Of a DNA stretch of 64,000 nucleotides, positions 27,872 through 38,900 are shown in pieces. Made by a program: the position numbers and the translations under genes. Every line of letters starts with the position of its first letter. The first letter of the stretch is position 1. The notes below the pieces were generated by a model. The model was not told the origin of the DNA and did no database searches. It was given only the letters and a program-made list of their open reading frames with translations. The DNA comes from a virus (Duplodnaviria > Caudoviricetes). The stretch spans positions 32,001 through 96,000 of IMG/VR virus record IMGVR_UViG_3300028886_000066. One strand, written 5' to 3'.

Positions 27872-28945
27872 CTAATCTTTTGCGTATTTCCAAATATAGC
27901 CAAAGGCCGAGTGGCTTCTTCCTGCGAGGTTATTCCCTATACAAGTGGTAGTCCCTTGTCCAAGTTTTTTTATAGCATCGTTTATTGACTCGTATTTAGA
28001 TACGAATTTGCCATCCAACGTGTATTGTTCAATGCTTCTTTTAATTTTATTTTTAAAAGGCTTCGGGTCTGGACTCCCTTCGTAACTCCACAAATAACCG
28101 TATGCAGATTTCAGTTTGCCGTTACAACAATTCACAATATCACTGGCTCTATTCTCATTGTTGAGAAATATAGCAGCAAGCTTAACACTGTCAAATGTTT
28201 GTACGTATTCTCCGTTTTTCAGAAATTGACGCACTCTTTTAGATGCGCGTTTTGAAATATCAGGTCTTTCTCCTTTCTTGCCTTTAGGAATGTATTCGTT
28301 ATCTTTTTCTTCTACAATAAATATTTTGTCTTTTATAATTTTGACACCTTGGCGTGTTTTAGTGCGAGAAAAAAGATGTCTTTCGAAACAATTATCTCTT
28401 GCTGCTTCAGATACACTTTTATATTTCTTTAATTCCTCCCCCTTCTCGTTGACAAGAATAACGAATTTCTGATGACTTTTCTTTGTTTCGCTCAAATTAT
28501 CAAAAACCACACCGTTTTTCTGATAACGCAAGGATATTTCTGAAGCGTTGTACGGTTCAGAGGTAAGAGGTTTTTTCTTCCTCCTTTCTATTAGTGTTCC
28601 GTAAGTGTTATTGTACGAATAAGAACACCATTCAAGATTAGAAACGTTCGGGTTTAATTTATTCTCATCTTTGTGGTTGACGCATGGCAGATTATTAGGA
28701 TTTGGAATAAACGCTTGCGCAACTAAAACATGGACGCCCTTTGTAATACAAAAACCGTTCTCTTGGACAAGCCTAACGGTTAAATAACCATCACGCGAAA
28801 CGCCTGGTTTGATTATTTTCTGTCCATATATTAGTTTTCTGCCATTCACATCTATGGTCGTGCGTTTTAGTCGCATGACAACACCATTCTCGTTGATTTT
28901 GTAAATACCTTCAAAACCTAAAACATCCCTCCATTCTTCTTTCAT
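27872..28945 (-). CDS. NUMOD4-HNH homing endonuclease with NUMOD1 repeats
   Basis: EEWRDVLGFEGIY; VHVLVAQAFIPNP; VNHKDENKLN; NLEWC; SAYGYLW and SAFGYIW. Confidence 0.92.
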   Translation of the reverse strand: MKEEWRDVLGFEGIYKINENGVVMRLKRTTIDVNGRKLIYGQKIIKPGVSRDGYLTVRLVQENGFCITKGVHVLVAQAFIPNPNNLPCVNHKDENKLNPNVSNLEWCSYSYNNTYGTLIERRKKKPLTSEPYNASEISLRYQKNGVVFDNLSETKKSHQKFVILVNEKGEELKKYKSVSEAARDNCFERHLFSRTKTRQGVKIIKDKIFIVEEKDNEYIPKGKKGERPDISKRASKRVRQFLKNGEYVQTFDSVKLAAIFLNNENRASDIVNCCNGKLKSAYGYLWSYEGSPDPKPFKNKIKRSIEQYTLDGKFVSKYESINDAIKKLGQGTTTCIGNNLAGRSHSAFGYIWKYAKD

Positions 28946-29053
28946 TGTTGTAAGATTTAGCCAGAATGAGTTAGTCCCCATTCTGGCTACAAATGTACGA
29001 TTTTTTTCTGAATTAACCAAACTTGCAATATGATTATTAAAGAAAATTAAGAA

Positions 29054-30811
29054 CTAATTTTGAAGATTCCACTTCTCCCAATTATTTTCGCCTTCTCTAT
29101 TGCCCCACTTGTCAGTATTAACAGTTCGTGGCCTTCCTGCGCCTCTACCTGTCGCGACGCTTCCTTTCTTGCGAGAGACCTTGCGGGCTTGTTTTTCCTT
29201 TCCCTCTTCAATCTTGGCTTGGTTGGCTGCAATCTCAGTCTGTTGTTCCACCTGAATATCGGACAGTTCTTCTTGCATCTCAACGTTTGCGTCGTTCTGG
29301 ATTTCCAGTTTCTTTTCCTGCAGGAGAAGTTCGCGCATTTGTTCGTCATGCTTCTCGTTGTCAAGCCTTGCCTTCTCTGTTGCCGTACTGTACGGATTGC
29401 GCTCGCTTGCAGTCTCCTTGGACAAGAACCCGTTTTGTACGCCAAGAGCCAAATTCTGGCACAACTCGCTTTCGTTGATGGGAATGAACGGGATGCACCA
29501 ATGACTCATGCCGAGATTTACGAAACTAAGTCTTGTTTCTTTTTCGACACCTGCCCCATAAAGAAAGATTGCGACAATATCGTCTATCACTTCGTCGAAC
29601 TCCTGCGACTCATTCAGTGCTTTGTTGTAAGAGTCTGAGTACAAGAGCTTGATAGCTGCGGCAGGGGTGTCACCAGACTTTAGTTCGGGAGCCTTAACGA
29701 CCATCGACATCTCGTAGATTTTCTTCTTTAGTTCGTCGAGCTGAGACTTGTAGGCACCTGAGGCATCTTGTCTCTGCAGGAACTCTGCCTTTCCCTCGGA
29801 AGGAATGAGGAATATCTTCGCGGCGTATGTCATGTCACCCATCGCCAACTGCTCGATATTGCGGCCATTGCCCTTTGTCAGCGCGAGGATGGGTAGTCCG
29901 AATGCTGAATTACTCTGGGCGAGTCTGCTGAAGGCAAGTTCAAAATGCTCGATAGCCTCTTGGCTGTTAGACCAACAAGGGCCGCTGTCCTTTCTCATGT
30001 AAGCAACTGGTATGCGGTCAAATCCGTGCGGCGACTTTTCTTCAAGAGTATAACCTGAGCACTTAAAACCTCCAATAGTGAATTCTTCTTTCTTTTCTTC
30101 TTTGTTGGCATCACCTTCTGACGGAGCGGCATCGACAAGGCGATAGTAATATCTCTCATCCCATACGTCGATGTAATTATGTGAATCGCCGTCATCTCCA
30201 AAATTGACATACTTACGTGCAAATATTTTCAGTTTTCCTGTTTTTCTGTCATGGTGAGGGTACAACTCATCGCCTTTTAGGAAAGACAATACTTTCCAAA
30301 GAAAAACGCCATTATCCATGATGCCGATAAAAGCAGCATCTCCTGTTGCCAGTGTCGACTTTGCCACCTCGTACCATGCACGTTCCATTGACTTTTCAAC
30401 CCAAGTAGCCTTGAACTTGTAAAAGATTTCCCTGTCGGAGTCGTTTTCGGTTCTGTTAGACAGGTCGAACTGAATGTCATTTCCGGTCAGTCGGACGAGC
30501 CTGTCTTCAAGTATCTCCTGTTGGAAAGCAAAGGCATGGCGTTCCCACTCAGTCTGATAGTAGAGTCCGTCATCTTCGTTTTCCATCCAATTCTGATAGA
30601 TGTTCTTATCGTTGATGGCATGAGAGTTGGGGTCGAGTTCTCTGATAAAATCAGCCTGCGTTACGACCTCGTATTTGACGGCGTCATTCATGACAGGAGT
30701 TTCCCCCGTCTCTTCTCTTAGTACGCTTTCCCTTTTGCCTACATCTGCTTTGATTCGTTAACACGGCTTTTTGGTAAGCAGTTCCCGATGTTTAACTTGA
30801 TTTGTTGTCAT
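29054..30811 (-). CDS. Portal protein (in-frame TAA at codon 18; open from 30691)
   Basis: Follows TerL; size and SPP1-type features (HGFDRIPVAY, LSKETASE). Upstream in-frame ATG at 30811. Confidence 0.8.
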
Positions 30812-30865
30812 TGCTGTGAAGTTTAATTGTTAATATTTATCTGAACGTGTGGGCCTCACAGCAGT

Positions 30866-33586
30866 TCAGCTGAAAGAAAATGTTCTTATACTTTTCACAT
30901 GTTTGCGGAGGAACTCGGGCACTTCCGTGTCGGACTCTTTGACATCGAATATCTCGAACATGCAGAGTGCTTCGATGAAGTCTGGAGAGTGACCGACAAG
31001 CGAACGTCTCTTCATGGTGTCTTTCGGTATGAGGCACCACCCTTTGTCCACCTTGCTCATGTCCTGTCTGATAGCCTTGCGCTCTCTTTGTAGGATGAAC
31101 TGCAGGTCGTTGGTGGCTCGTCCAGACTTGAACTGCCTTTTGAGCAGTGTCGGTTCGATGCTCCATTCTCCCTGCTGTGTGTGTTGTGCGAACTTGTATG
31201 CGCACTGCGACTTCATGCAGTCGTAGAGGTTTCTGTCTTCTCGTGCCACCGCTTCCTGGTTGTTGAACGGCACTGCATTAGGGAAAGCGCCCTTGAATAT
31301 CTGCCCGATTCCTTGCAGGTCATACACGAAGTTCTGTTCAAGGACTCCCCATTCGCGCAGCTTAGCCTTTATCAACGGTACGGTATTGTATGGGTCTACA
31401 CGGCAGACGTACAAGTCCTGTACGTGATTCCCGATTTTAAGCCATGTCACGCAGTTATCGCCTCCGTCACCAGCGACGTCGCACGATGCTCTGCGCACAT
31501 GGTCACCCATCATGGCGGCATTACTAAAGCATTTCTCCAAGTGGTACGGCTGTATGAGGTCATCGCCGACGGCTATGGCATCCCAGTTACCTTCCCACTC
31601 CTTTGCGCGTTCCTCTGGCGATTTGTTCAGTATTGAGGCGATGTAGTTAGGGTCGTTCATCAGCAGTGCCTTGTTCTCCATTATGCTGGCCTTGATGAAC
31701 ACTGCTGATTTGACTGCAAAGGACATCTTGTCGTAACCGAAGTCCTGTAGTTTCGGGTCCCATGAAGCGTCAATCTCCTCTTTTGCCTGCTCGTAGACCT
31801 CTTCGGGTGTGTTTCCCCATACTATGTTGTCCACGGAATCGCCTGTGATGAAGAAATAGCGTACCACACCGTTACGCCAAGGTATAGGTAGTCCGTGACG
31901 TTCAGGGTGTTTCTCTCCATCGGGATAGACGGTATCCTTGTCGGCTATCCACCAGTCGACGAACTTCCTGAGCCAAGACAGCGGGTCTGGGTTACACGTT
32001 CCGAGGATGCGTGAGCGTATGCCCACCGTGTTACGGTTGCTGCCCATGAGTATCTTCACGAACTCAAAGGGGATTTGCGGCAGCTCGTCTATCCCGATAT
32101 ACGGGTACTGCTGTCCTCTGTACTTGTCCTCGAACTCTTTCAGTGTCATGTCGAAATGGTCGAATGACATCTTCGCTCCAGTGTAGAAGTTCCATGTCAT
32201 ATCGTCTTTCGACTTGTTGTATCGCCCAAGGTTAGCGAACCATCGGCTGCTCTCGTTCTCGATGTTGACGAAATCGTCCTTGTTCTTACGGAAGAGAACA
32301 CTGTGAGAGTGTTTCTTCGTTATGTCGTATGCCCCCTCCATCAGCATGAGGGCAGTGTTGTGGTTTATGGTGTAGGCGTCAGTCAGGTACAGGTGTTCAT
32401 TACCTGATATGGTGATACATCTGCATTTCTGCTTTGGCTTATCCTTCGACACCCACATGACTTTCTTTGTGAGACATCCGTCAAGCTCTTTGATACTCTT
32501 CGGTATCGGTGCTATAATCTTCGCTCTGTTTCTTCGGCAAACGCTTTCCCAAAGCTTCTTTGCGTCAGGAGCCTTGATGGAGACGCGGTAGTAACCTATC
32601 TTATCCGGGTCGGTAGTGTTCTCAACGACCATGACAAAGCACCCTAACGAGCGTATCATCTGGGCCAGTTGCTCTGCCAGTCTCTTGTTGGGGAACTCTA
32701 CGTAAGGGCACATGCTTTTTGAGTAGCCGTTACGGAATAAGACCCCCTTGACAAAGTTCAGCCTTGTCTCAATGGATGCGTATTGATATTCGTGTGGTAT
32801 GTAGGCCGGAGAACCATTTTTGGCAGCTGTGACAGCCATTCTTGCCTCATTTTTGATTCCGACCACGCGGTAATTGCCGTTGATGTCTCTCTTGGAGAAG
32901 TATCCTTCACGATAGAATGGATAGCCATAGAACCTGTTCCGAATAGGTACTCCTCTTACGCTCAAGTCCCATGTACCCTTTCCAACGATATATCCGAGAA
33001 GGAGCGGATGTATCGGCATTATTCCGGGGACTTTGTATTCTTCATGTTCCACTTCTCCGCATAGAGGGAACTCGATGTAGTCGTATTGTCCGCGTTTGAG
33101 CGAGTATGGCGGTCTTTCGTCCATGCGGTAGATGTCGAAAATGTCTCTTGCCTCCCAAACCATGAAAGGCTCGTCTGGGTGTGAACGGGCGTAGAACCTG
33201 TGATTGTCCATGCACTTCACGGTCGTACCGTCATCGAAATGCAGAGTATAGATAGTCTGCTCACCATGTTCGAAGATTTCCGTAACTTCCTGAATACCTT
33301 CGTAGGGTGTGCATACAGGGTCTCCTACTTGCAGTTCCCCCATTTTTCTGAATCCCGTCGGTGTTGCCACCATCGTACTGTAGGGATTCGCTTTCCCTCC
33401 ACCTCGGTTTCCTCCGTAAATAATCAGGTCTGCATCGCTGTGAAGTCCGTCTTCCTGTGCACCCTTGTTTGGTATGAAAACCTTTGAATACTTGTTGTTT
33501 CCCTCTTCCCGTCGCAGTTCCTCTACGAACTCTGAGGTGCGGATGGGTCTGCCATCCCGCATGTTAAGTCCACTAAATTCTTGCAT
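30866..33586 (-). CDS. terL: Terminase large subunit containing an intein
   Basis: Walker A GGNRGGGK|T; Walker B YIGIDE; GTCNP; nuclease CDVAGDGGD and SPDFIEAL. Confidence 0.92.
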   Translation of the reverse strand: MQEFSGLNMRDGRPIRTSEFVEELRREEGNNKYSKVFIPNKGAQEDGLHSDADLIIYGGNRGGGKANPYSTMVATPTGFRKMGELQVGDPVCTPYEGIQEVTEIFEHGEQTIYTLHFDDGTTVKCMDNHRFYARSHPDEPFMVWEARDIFDIYRMDERPPYSLKRGQYDYIEFPLCGEVEHEEYKVPGIMPIHPLLLGYIVGKGTWDLSVRGVPIRNRFYGYPFYREGYFSKRDINGNYRVVGIKNEARMAVTAAKNGSPAYIPHEYQYASIETRLNFVKGVLFRNGYSKSMCPYVEFPNKRLAEQLAQMIRSLGCFVMVVENTTDPDKIGYYRVSIKAPDAKKLWESVCRRNRAKIIAPIPKSIKELDGCLTKKVMWVSKDKPKQKCRCITISGNEHLYLTDAYTINHNTALMLMEGAYDITKKHSHSVLFRKNKDDFVNIENESSRWFANLGRYNKSKDDMTWNFYTGAKMSFDHFDMTLKEFEDKYRGQQYPYIGIDELPQIPFEFVKILMGSNRNTVGIRSRILGTCNPDPLSWLRKFVDWWIADKDTVYPDGEKHPERHGLPIPWRNGVVRYFFITGDSVDNIVWGNTPEEVYEQAKEEIDASWDPKLQDFGYDKMSFAVKSAVFIKASIMENKALLMNDPNYIASILNKSPEERAKEWEGNWDAIAVGDDLIQPYHLEKCFSNAAMMGDHVRRASCDVAGDGGDNCVTWLKIGNHVQDLYVCRVDPYNTVPLIKAKLREWGVLEQNFVYDLQGIGQIFKGAFPNAVPFNNQEAVAREDRNLYDCMKSQCAYKFAQHTQQGEWSIEPTLLKRQFKSGRATNDLQFILQRERKAIRQDMSKVDKGWCLIPKDTMKRRSLVGHSPDFIEALCMFEIFDVKESDTEVPEFLRKHVKSIRTFSFS
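32357..33391 (-). mobile_element. 345-aa Ala1 intein with degenerate LAGLIDADG endonuclease
   Basis: ANPYSTMVATPTG...LQVGD; block B KCMDNHRF; block F CRCITI; terminal HN followed by T. Confidence 0.88.
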
Positions 33587-33613
33587 AGTAACAATTCTTT
33601 TGTTTACATGTGA

Positions 33614-33713
33614 CAAAAGTATTGATAAATAGCTCTCTTGCAATGTGTTTTCAAATAATTCTTCATTTTTTTCTTTAAACATATTGTATGAAAACCTCAA
33701 TTATATACATTTG
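33614..33713. promoter_or_regulatory. Divergent late promoters (terL and scaffold)
   Basis: TACTTTTG on minus at 33614-33621; box at 33638; TACATTTG on plus at 33706-33713. Confidence 0.7.
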
Positions 33714-33773
33714 TAGCAGAAAATGGCACACGGAGTGCCGTTACCAACACAAAAACTAAACTTTTTAGGAATT

Positions 33774-34577
33774 ATGGAGAAAAATCTTCTCATTGAAAAT
33801 TTGAAGACTAAGGCTGGAATCGACAACCTTAGCGACAGGACGTTAGACGAGGTGGCAACGGTCTTGCAGCCCATGTTTGCCGATGACGAGAAAATTACCG
33901 ACGAGAGTTGGAATCTTCCGATTCAGATGCTCAAATCGATGAGCGGCCAGCTTCGCCACGAAGTTGCCGATGGCATCAGCAAAGGCAAGGCGCAGTGGGA
34001 GAACGAGCAGAAGACGTCGCAGCAGAAGTCAATCGACGATGCCGTGGCTGCTTTCAAGGCTCAGTGGGAGAAAGACCATCCGTCCGACACGCCTCCCGCA
34101 GATGAAGGCAAGACTGACATTGCTGCACTTGTTGCAGAGCAGGTCAAGGCTCAGATGGCTGGGCTGACTGGCGAGAACAGCGAGTTTGCCAAGCTCAGTA
34201 AGCAGTTCAGCGACTACTTGAAGTTGCAGGCCGAGAAAGACAAGGCCGCAGCCGAGGCAGACGTCCGTTCGCAAATCAAGGATTTCCTTATCGGTCGCGG
34301 CGTGGAGGAAGATGACTACGCGCTTGAGATCATGCTGGAGAAGCTGGTTATCGGCGATAAGCCCGATGTGGTCGCTTTGAAGGCAAAGGCAGAGAAAGAC
34401 TATGAGGCTATCTACAAGCGGATGCACAAGGGCGAAAATGCCCAGCCGTTCGCTGGTGGTGGCGGCAGTGCAAATACTACAGTATATGGCTATGACGCTT
34501 GGGAAAAGAATCTTGATGCCATTGCTGCAGGTCAAGCCGCAGCCGCAGCCGAACTTGAAAAGCAGATATTCAAATGA
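33774..34577 (+). CDS. Capsid scaffolding protein (probable)
   Basis: Helical and charged; directly upstream of head genes. Confidence 0.65.
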   Translation: MEKNLLIENLKTKAGIDNLSDRTLDEVATVLQPMFADDEKITDESWNLPIQMLKSMSGQLRHEVADGISKGKAQWENEQKTSQQKSIDDAVAAFKAQWEKDHPSDTPPADEGKTDIAALVAEQVKAQMAGLTGENSEFAKLSKQFSDYLKLQAEKDKAAAEADVRSQIKDFLIGRGVEEDDYALEIMLEKLVIGDKPDVVALKAKAEKDYEAIYKRMHKGENAQPFAGGGGSANTTVYGYDAWEKNLDAIAAGQAAAAAELEKQIFK

Positions 34578-34662
34578 GGAATTTATCTGACTGCTGAAGG
34601 ACTGCAGTATGAAAGACGCGATTTAAAAATAAAAGTATTAACACACAAAAACAAAAAAGGAC

Positions 34663-35289
34663 ATGATTAAAGGTTATGACCAGACGGTAAAGGCCAGCGG
34701 CAAGATGGGCGGTGCGCTCGTCGTGTTCGAGGGTCATCCGTCACTGCTTGTCGGTGGTTTCGACTTTAATATGGCCGACCTTCCTGATGCAAAGGACGTG
34801 CTGCCCTGCGGCACTTACCTGAACTGCGACGATGTTACGCGCATCGCTACTCCCGTCATCACTGCGAAGGTAAAGGCTATTGACGGTACGAAGGTCACCG
34901 TTGAAGACCTTGGTTTCGGTAGTACTCCCTTCAAGGTCGGTGCTACTGTAGCCGAGTTGGGCGACAATCTTGCAAATGCCGCCACGTACTACGCAACCGT
35001 TTCCTCCAAGGAGGGCAACGTGCTTACTCTTAGTGGAGCCGTAACAGGTCTTGCCGTCGGTGACATCCTCGTTGAGGTTGACGCTACGGACAAGAAGGTG
35101 AAGGCTATACCCAATGCCATTCTGCCCTACGACAGATGGTATGATGCTGACGCCATCGCCGTCCGCTGTGACGGTATGTGGGCTAACGACCGTCCCATTT
35201 TGGAGCGTCGCATGCCCGCCTGCAATGATGCCATCAAGACGGCTCTCGTCAATGCTGGCTGTCAGTTCAAGTGGTCGAACCGTAAGTAA
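34663..35289 (+). CDS. Head decoration/auxiliary capsid protein
   Basis: Between scaffold and MCP; LPCGT and ERRMP motifs. Confidence 0.6.
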   Translation: MIKGYDQTVKASGKMGGALVVFEGHPSLLVGGFDFNMADLPDAKDVLPCGTYLNCDDVTRIATPVITAKVKAIDGTKVTVEDLGFGSTPFKVGATVAELGDNLANAATYYATVSSKEGNVLTLSGAVTGLAVGDILVEVDATDKKVKAIPNAILPYDRWYDADAIAVRCDGMWANDRPILERRMPACNDAIKTALVNAGCQFKWSNRK

Positions 35290-35305
35290 AGAAAGGAGTT
35301 AGATT

Positions 35306-36505
35306 ATGGCAACTACAAGAGCAATATCAGCCTACAACGATTACGACTATCGTAAGTACATGGATAATGCCACTTTCCGTAAGATCCTGGATAAGGCTAA
35401 CGACAAATACAACAAGCCAGGACTCGGTTGGCGTATGCTTGGCGACTGGGACCAGCCCAGCGACAGTAAGATTTGGTCGCAGGGTCATCGTACCGTTCCC
35501 ATCATGGCTCGCGCCTCGCTGCTCTCAGCCCACGGACTGAAGCCGATGCGTAACACCTCTGGTTGGAAGTTCTACACTGGCTCGACACCGAAGTTCGGTC
35601 ACGGCTATACCTTCGACGAGGATGACATGTTCCTGCTCCGCGACGTGCGTAACAATACTGGCCGCGACATGCAGGACTTGATTTACGACTCGCTGTTCGT
35701 AAACGCCCAGCAGATTATCGGCGGTATTCATAACGAGCTGTCTCACATGACCTTCGAGCTTGCCTCTACGGGCGGCATTAACGAGGCCAGTGTTGACGGT
35801 GTGAAGTATCAGTTCGCATTCGACTTTGAGGCTAACCAGTATCAGGAGGTTTCTCCCGCTTGGTTCACCGAGTCCGTTGACGGTACTATCACTGCCGAAG
35901 AGACAGGCGTGAACATCATCAAGGACATCCTCGACTTGCAGCGCATGCTCACCGTCAGCCAGAACCGTGACGTGAATGCTTGGCTTGTGAATATTGATAC
36001 GCTGTATCAGATTCTCGACCATCCTTCGGTACTGAAGTCATACCTTGCCAACAAGGATATTCAGACAGGCAACCAGGCTGCTTATATCGCAACGCGCACT
36101 GAACTGGTTCAGTTCCTCTACAACCGCGGTGTATGGCCTATCATCCCTGTTGACTTCAAGTCGGTACATGAGGAAGACGGTAAGCCTGTGGCCGATGCTC
36201 CCGCCTTTGACCCGCGCTACATGATTGCGTTCAACCGCAACGAGCGCATGTTCTCCATCAAGAACACCAATTCGATTTGGAAGGATCGTCAGGCATACGG
36301 CGGTATCTCTCAGAGCACTATATACTCGTTCATCGAGGGACGCATTGCCGCACTGAGCACTTGGTATGAGAACCCGATTCACAACACCGTCGAGTTTGAG
36401 TTGTACGCAGGCCCCGTGTTCAATAATATGCGCAACTGGGCTCGCGTGAAGGTCATCGGTGTGGCGAGTTCTTCGAGTTCATCTGCAAGTTCTTCGAGCG
36501 AGTAA
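35306..36505 (+). CDS. Major capsid protein with C-terminal SSSSSSASSSSE
   Basis: 399 aa; position in head module; PKFGH motif. Confidence 0.8.
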   Translation: MATTRAISAYNDYDYRKYMDNATFRKILDKANDKYNKPGLGWRMLGDWDQPSDSKIWSQGHRTVPIMARASLLSAHGLKPMRNTSGWKFYTGSTPKFGHGYTFDEDDMFLLRDVRNNTGRDMQDLIYDSLFVNAQQIIGGIHNELSHMTFELASTGGINEASVDGVKYQFAFDFEANQYQEVSPAWFTESVDGTITAEETGVNIIKDILDLQRMLTVSQNRDVNAWLVNIDTLYQILDHPSVLKSYLANKDIQTGNQAAYIATRTELVQFLYNRGVWPIIPVDFKSVHEEDGKPVADAPAFDPRYMIAFNRNERMFSIKNTNSIWKDRQAYGGISQSTIYSFIEGRIAALSTWYENPIHNTVEFELYAGPVFNNMRNWARVKVIGVASSSSSSASSSSE

Positions 36506-36524
36506 ACTCTAATCACTTGGAATC

Positions 36525-36929
36525 ATGGCTACATGCACTCACTCCAACGGTATGCTGACCATCAGGAAGTACTTAGGTGGCAAAGTCAGGAATATTAGGA
36601 TTCCTGACGATGCCATTCTGTCGATATGTGCCGATGCAGGCGTAGACCCCGACACTCTATATGCTAAGGCGACTCAGCGTCAGCGAGACCTGTCGCTTGC
36701 GTGGCTCTATGTATGGGTGGCAGGCAGTCCGACGCAGACGGGCGGTTGGACTGAGGAGAGTGCCGACTGGAGGAGTACTGACGGTGGTGAGCGTATGTCT
36801 GCTAGCGTACTCAAACAATACCTTGCTATGGCCAACAAAATCTTCGAGGAATACGACCTGCCTTGTGTGGGTGAGGAGTCTTGGGGATTTGTTGGCCGTG
36901 GCATCCGTAATCCGAGGAGATACTGCTGA
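36525..36929 (+). CDS. Head-tail adaptor (probable)
   Basis: Synteny after MCP. Confidence 0.55.
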   Translation: MATCTHSNGMLTIRKYLGGKVRNIRIPDDAILSICADAGVDPDTLYAKATQRQRDLSLAWLYVWVAGSPTQTGGWTEESADWRSTDGGERMSASVLKQYLAMANKIFEEYDLPCVGEESWGFVGRGIRNPRRYC

Positions 36930-37276
36930 TGTTAGAGAGACCTGATAACCCGCGCTTCCCTCACAGCTGCCGCATTACCCGTGCTGTAGATGAAGACCCG
37001 ATGGTCGATGAGAGCGAAAGCAATCTCATCTATGAGGGAAAGTGTCGAGCCTACGAGAAGAACACCACTTCGGACAAGGGAGACGTCCTGAACTCCTTCA
37101 GGGGTCTGGCTTTGCCTATAGACAGGGAGGGATGGATTCGGTATGGTAAGGTTCCACGCGAGGGCGATGAGGTTGTTGTTGATAGAGGTGGTTACACGGA
37201 ACGCGGACGTGTGGTTGACGTCAATCCCGCGAATTTCGGAGGAACACATTTGATTTGGAAATATGGCAGGCACTAA
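36929..37276 (+). CDS. Head closure protein (probable)
   Basis: Beta-rich; RFPHSC...IYEGKCR; synteny. Confidence 0.55.
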   Translation: MLERPDNPRFPHSCRITRAVDEDPMVDESESNLIYEGKCRAYEKNTTSDKGDVLNSFRGLALPIDREGWIRYGKVPREGDEVVVDRGGYTERGRVVDVNPANFGGTHLIWKYGRH

Positions 37277-37868
37277 TAAGACAATCGTAGAGAAGGCTTT
37301 CAGGGATTTTGAGAAGCGTATGGATCAGCAGGTATTCGGTCAACTCGACAAATACTGCAGGGACATCCTTCGCAAGGCCGTGTGGGAGCGTCAGCATTTC
37401 ACTGGCGGTCACAACTTCACGGGAAACCTTGTCAACTCGATTGTTGTCTGCATGTTCCGCAAGTCAACGGGCAAGAAGTACAAGTACTTTGCCTATGACA
37501 CCATCAAGCTTCCGATACGGCGTGAGCTGTCGGCATTGACATCCCGTGGCAAACGAAGGAAAAACAGGATTATATTCCACCCAGGCAGCAGGTATGGAAG
37601 TCAGGACTGGTCGGGAGAGTGGTCAACGCTCAAGCCCGATAATCTCATTCCTACGGATGAGAGCTGGGGTCAGAACGATGCGGTTCAGTTCGCGAGTATC
37701 TGGTATCCGACAAATACAAACATCGACTTTACGATTTGCGTGGCCTATGCTTCAGAGTATGCGTCCTTCGTCGAACACGAACGCCACACGACAGGTTACA
37801 TTAATACGCTTGACTATGCCGAGCGTATGGCTGTTGAGTATTACGGATTGAAACCCGCAACAAGATAA
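37263..37868 (+). CDS. Neck protein, HK97 gp10-like
   Basis: TGNLVNSI...EYASFVE. Confidence 0.65.
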   Translation: MAGTNKTIVEKAFRDFEKRMDQQVFGQLDKYCRDILRKAVWERQHFTGGHNFTGNLVNSIVVCMFRKSTGKKYKYFAYDTIKLPIRRELSALTSRGKRRKNRIIFHPGSRYGSQDWSGEWSTLKPDNLIPTDESWGQNDAVQFASIWYPTNTNIDFTICVAYASEYASFVEHERHTTGYINTLDYAERMAVEYYGLKPATR

Positions 37869-37872
37869 GGTA

Positions 37873-38286
37873 ATGGCAGAGAAGACAACCATAGCAAAGA
37901 TGTACGATGACCTCGTCAACGCCTTGGATGGCATTGTCGAGCGCAAGTTTATCTTCACAGGGGGCAGGCCAGACATCAAGGATGCCGACTTGGAGACGAT
38001 GCCGAAGTATATCGTCGTTGAACTCCCAGTCGCTATTGATGATATGGTGTTTGGAAATCACAAGTTCCACCTGACTACCACTGGAGTCTTCTACCTTATC
38101 TCGAAGTCAAAGAAAAACAGGACGTTCAACGTCAATACTCTTTCCGACTTCATTGAGGAGGTGACGGACTTGTTCCCCATCAGCGGGACTCACTTCGCAG
38201 CCGTAAATCCTGTCGTGCTGATGCGTGGTATGGATGAGTTTGGGTATCAGCTGGTAACAATCACATTTGATTTACATTCTAAATAA
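37873..38286 (+). CDS. Tail terminator (probable)
   Basis: Precedes tail tube; size fits. Confidence 0.55.
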   Translation: MAEKTTIAKMYDDLVNALDGIVERKFIFTGGRPDIKDADLETMPKYIVVELPVAIDDMVFGNHKFHLTTTGVFYLISKSKKNRTFNVNTLSDFIEEVTDLFPISGTHFAAVNPVVLMRGMDEFGYQLVTITFDLHSK

Positions 38287-38313
38287 TTTAATAACTATAA
38301 AAACAGTACGATT

Positions 38314-38880
38314 ATGGCAAATATTTTAGCAAGCGAAACCAATAAATTTGTTGGTATCAGCGCACTAAAGGTTGTGAAAGGCGGTTTTGCTGCCGGGTTC
38401 ACACTAGGCGGAAATAGCCTCGTAGAGGTTCCTGTTGCTGAGGACGGTGGCTTCACCTATACTGGTGGCGAGCCTTCCATCGAGCACTACAAGATTCACG
38501 GTCTGTCTGCCGACTGGACGAGCCGCACGACTCCGGGCGAGACGCAGATTAACCTCTTCATTCCGAGTATCACCAGCACTCTGCTGACCTTGTTCGGATT
38601 CTCTGTGACTACCGCAGACTCTGCAAGCGGAATCTCTGCCAATGCAAGCGGTTTTACGTTCCAGGAGAGCGCACTGGCCGTTACTCTCGGTATCGTTGCC
38701 TTCAACGACGAGGGTACCAAGGCGTTCGCCATCAAAGCAGCCAAGCTCTCGGCTACCATCGTATTCGACGAGGCCAACAGTGCAAAGCCTATCGGCATTA
38801 GTCTGACAGGTTTTACCTCTGCTGGTGAGGACGCCGATGCTATGGGTATCTTCGAGATCAGCGGTTCTTCGAGCGAATAA
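38314..38880 (+). CDS. Major tail tube protein ending SGSSSE
   Basis: Synteny; beta-rich 188 aa; followed by terminator. Confidence 0.7.
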   Translation: MANILASETNKFVGISALKVVKGGFAAGFTLGGNSLVEVPVAEDGGFTYTGGEPSIEHYKIHGLSADWTSRTTPGETQINLFIPSITSTLLTLFGFSVTTADSASGISANASGFTFQESALAVTLGIVAFNDEGTKAFAIKAAKLSATIVFDEANSAKPIGISLTGFTSAGEDADAMGIFEISGSSSE

Positions 38881-38900
38881 CTCAATCCATTCTAAACGAT

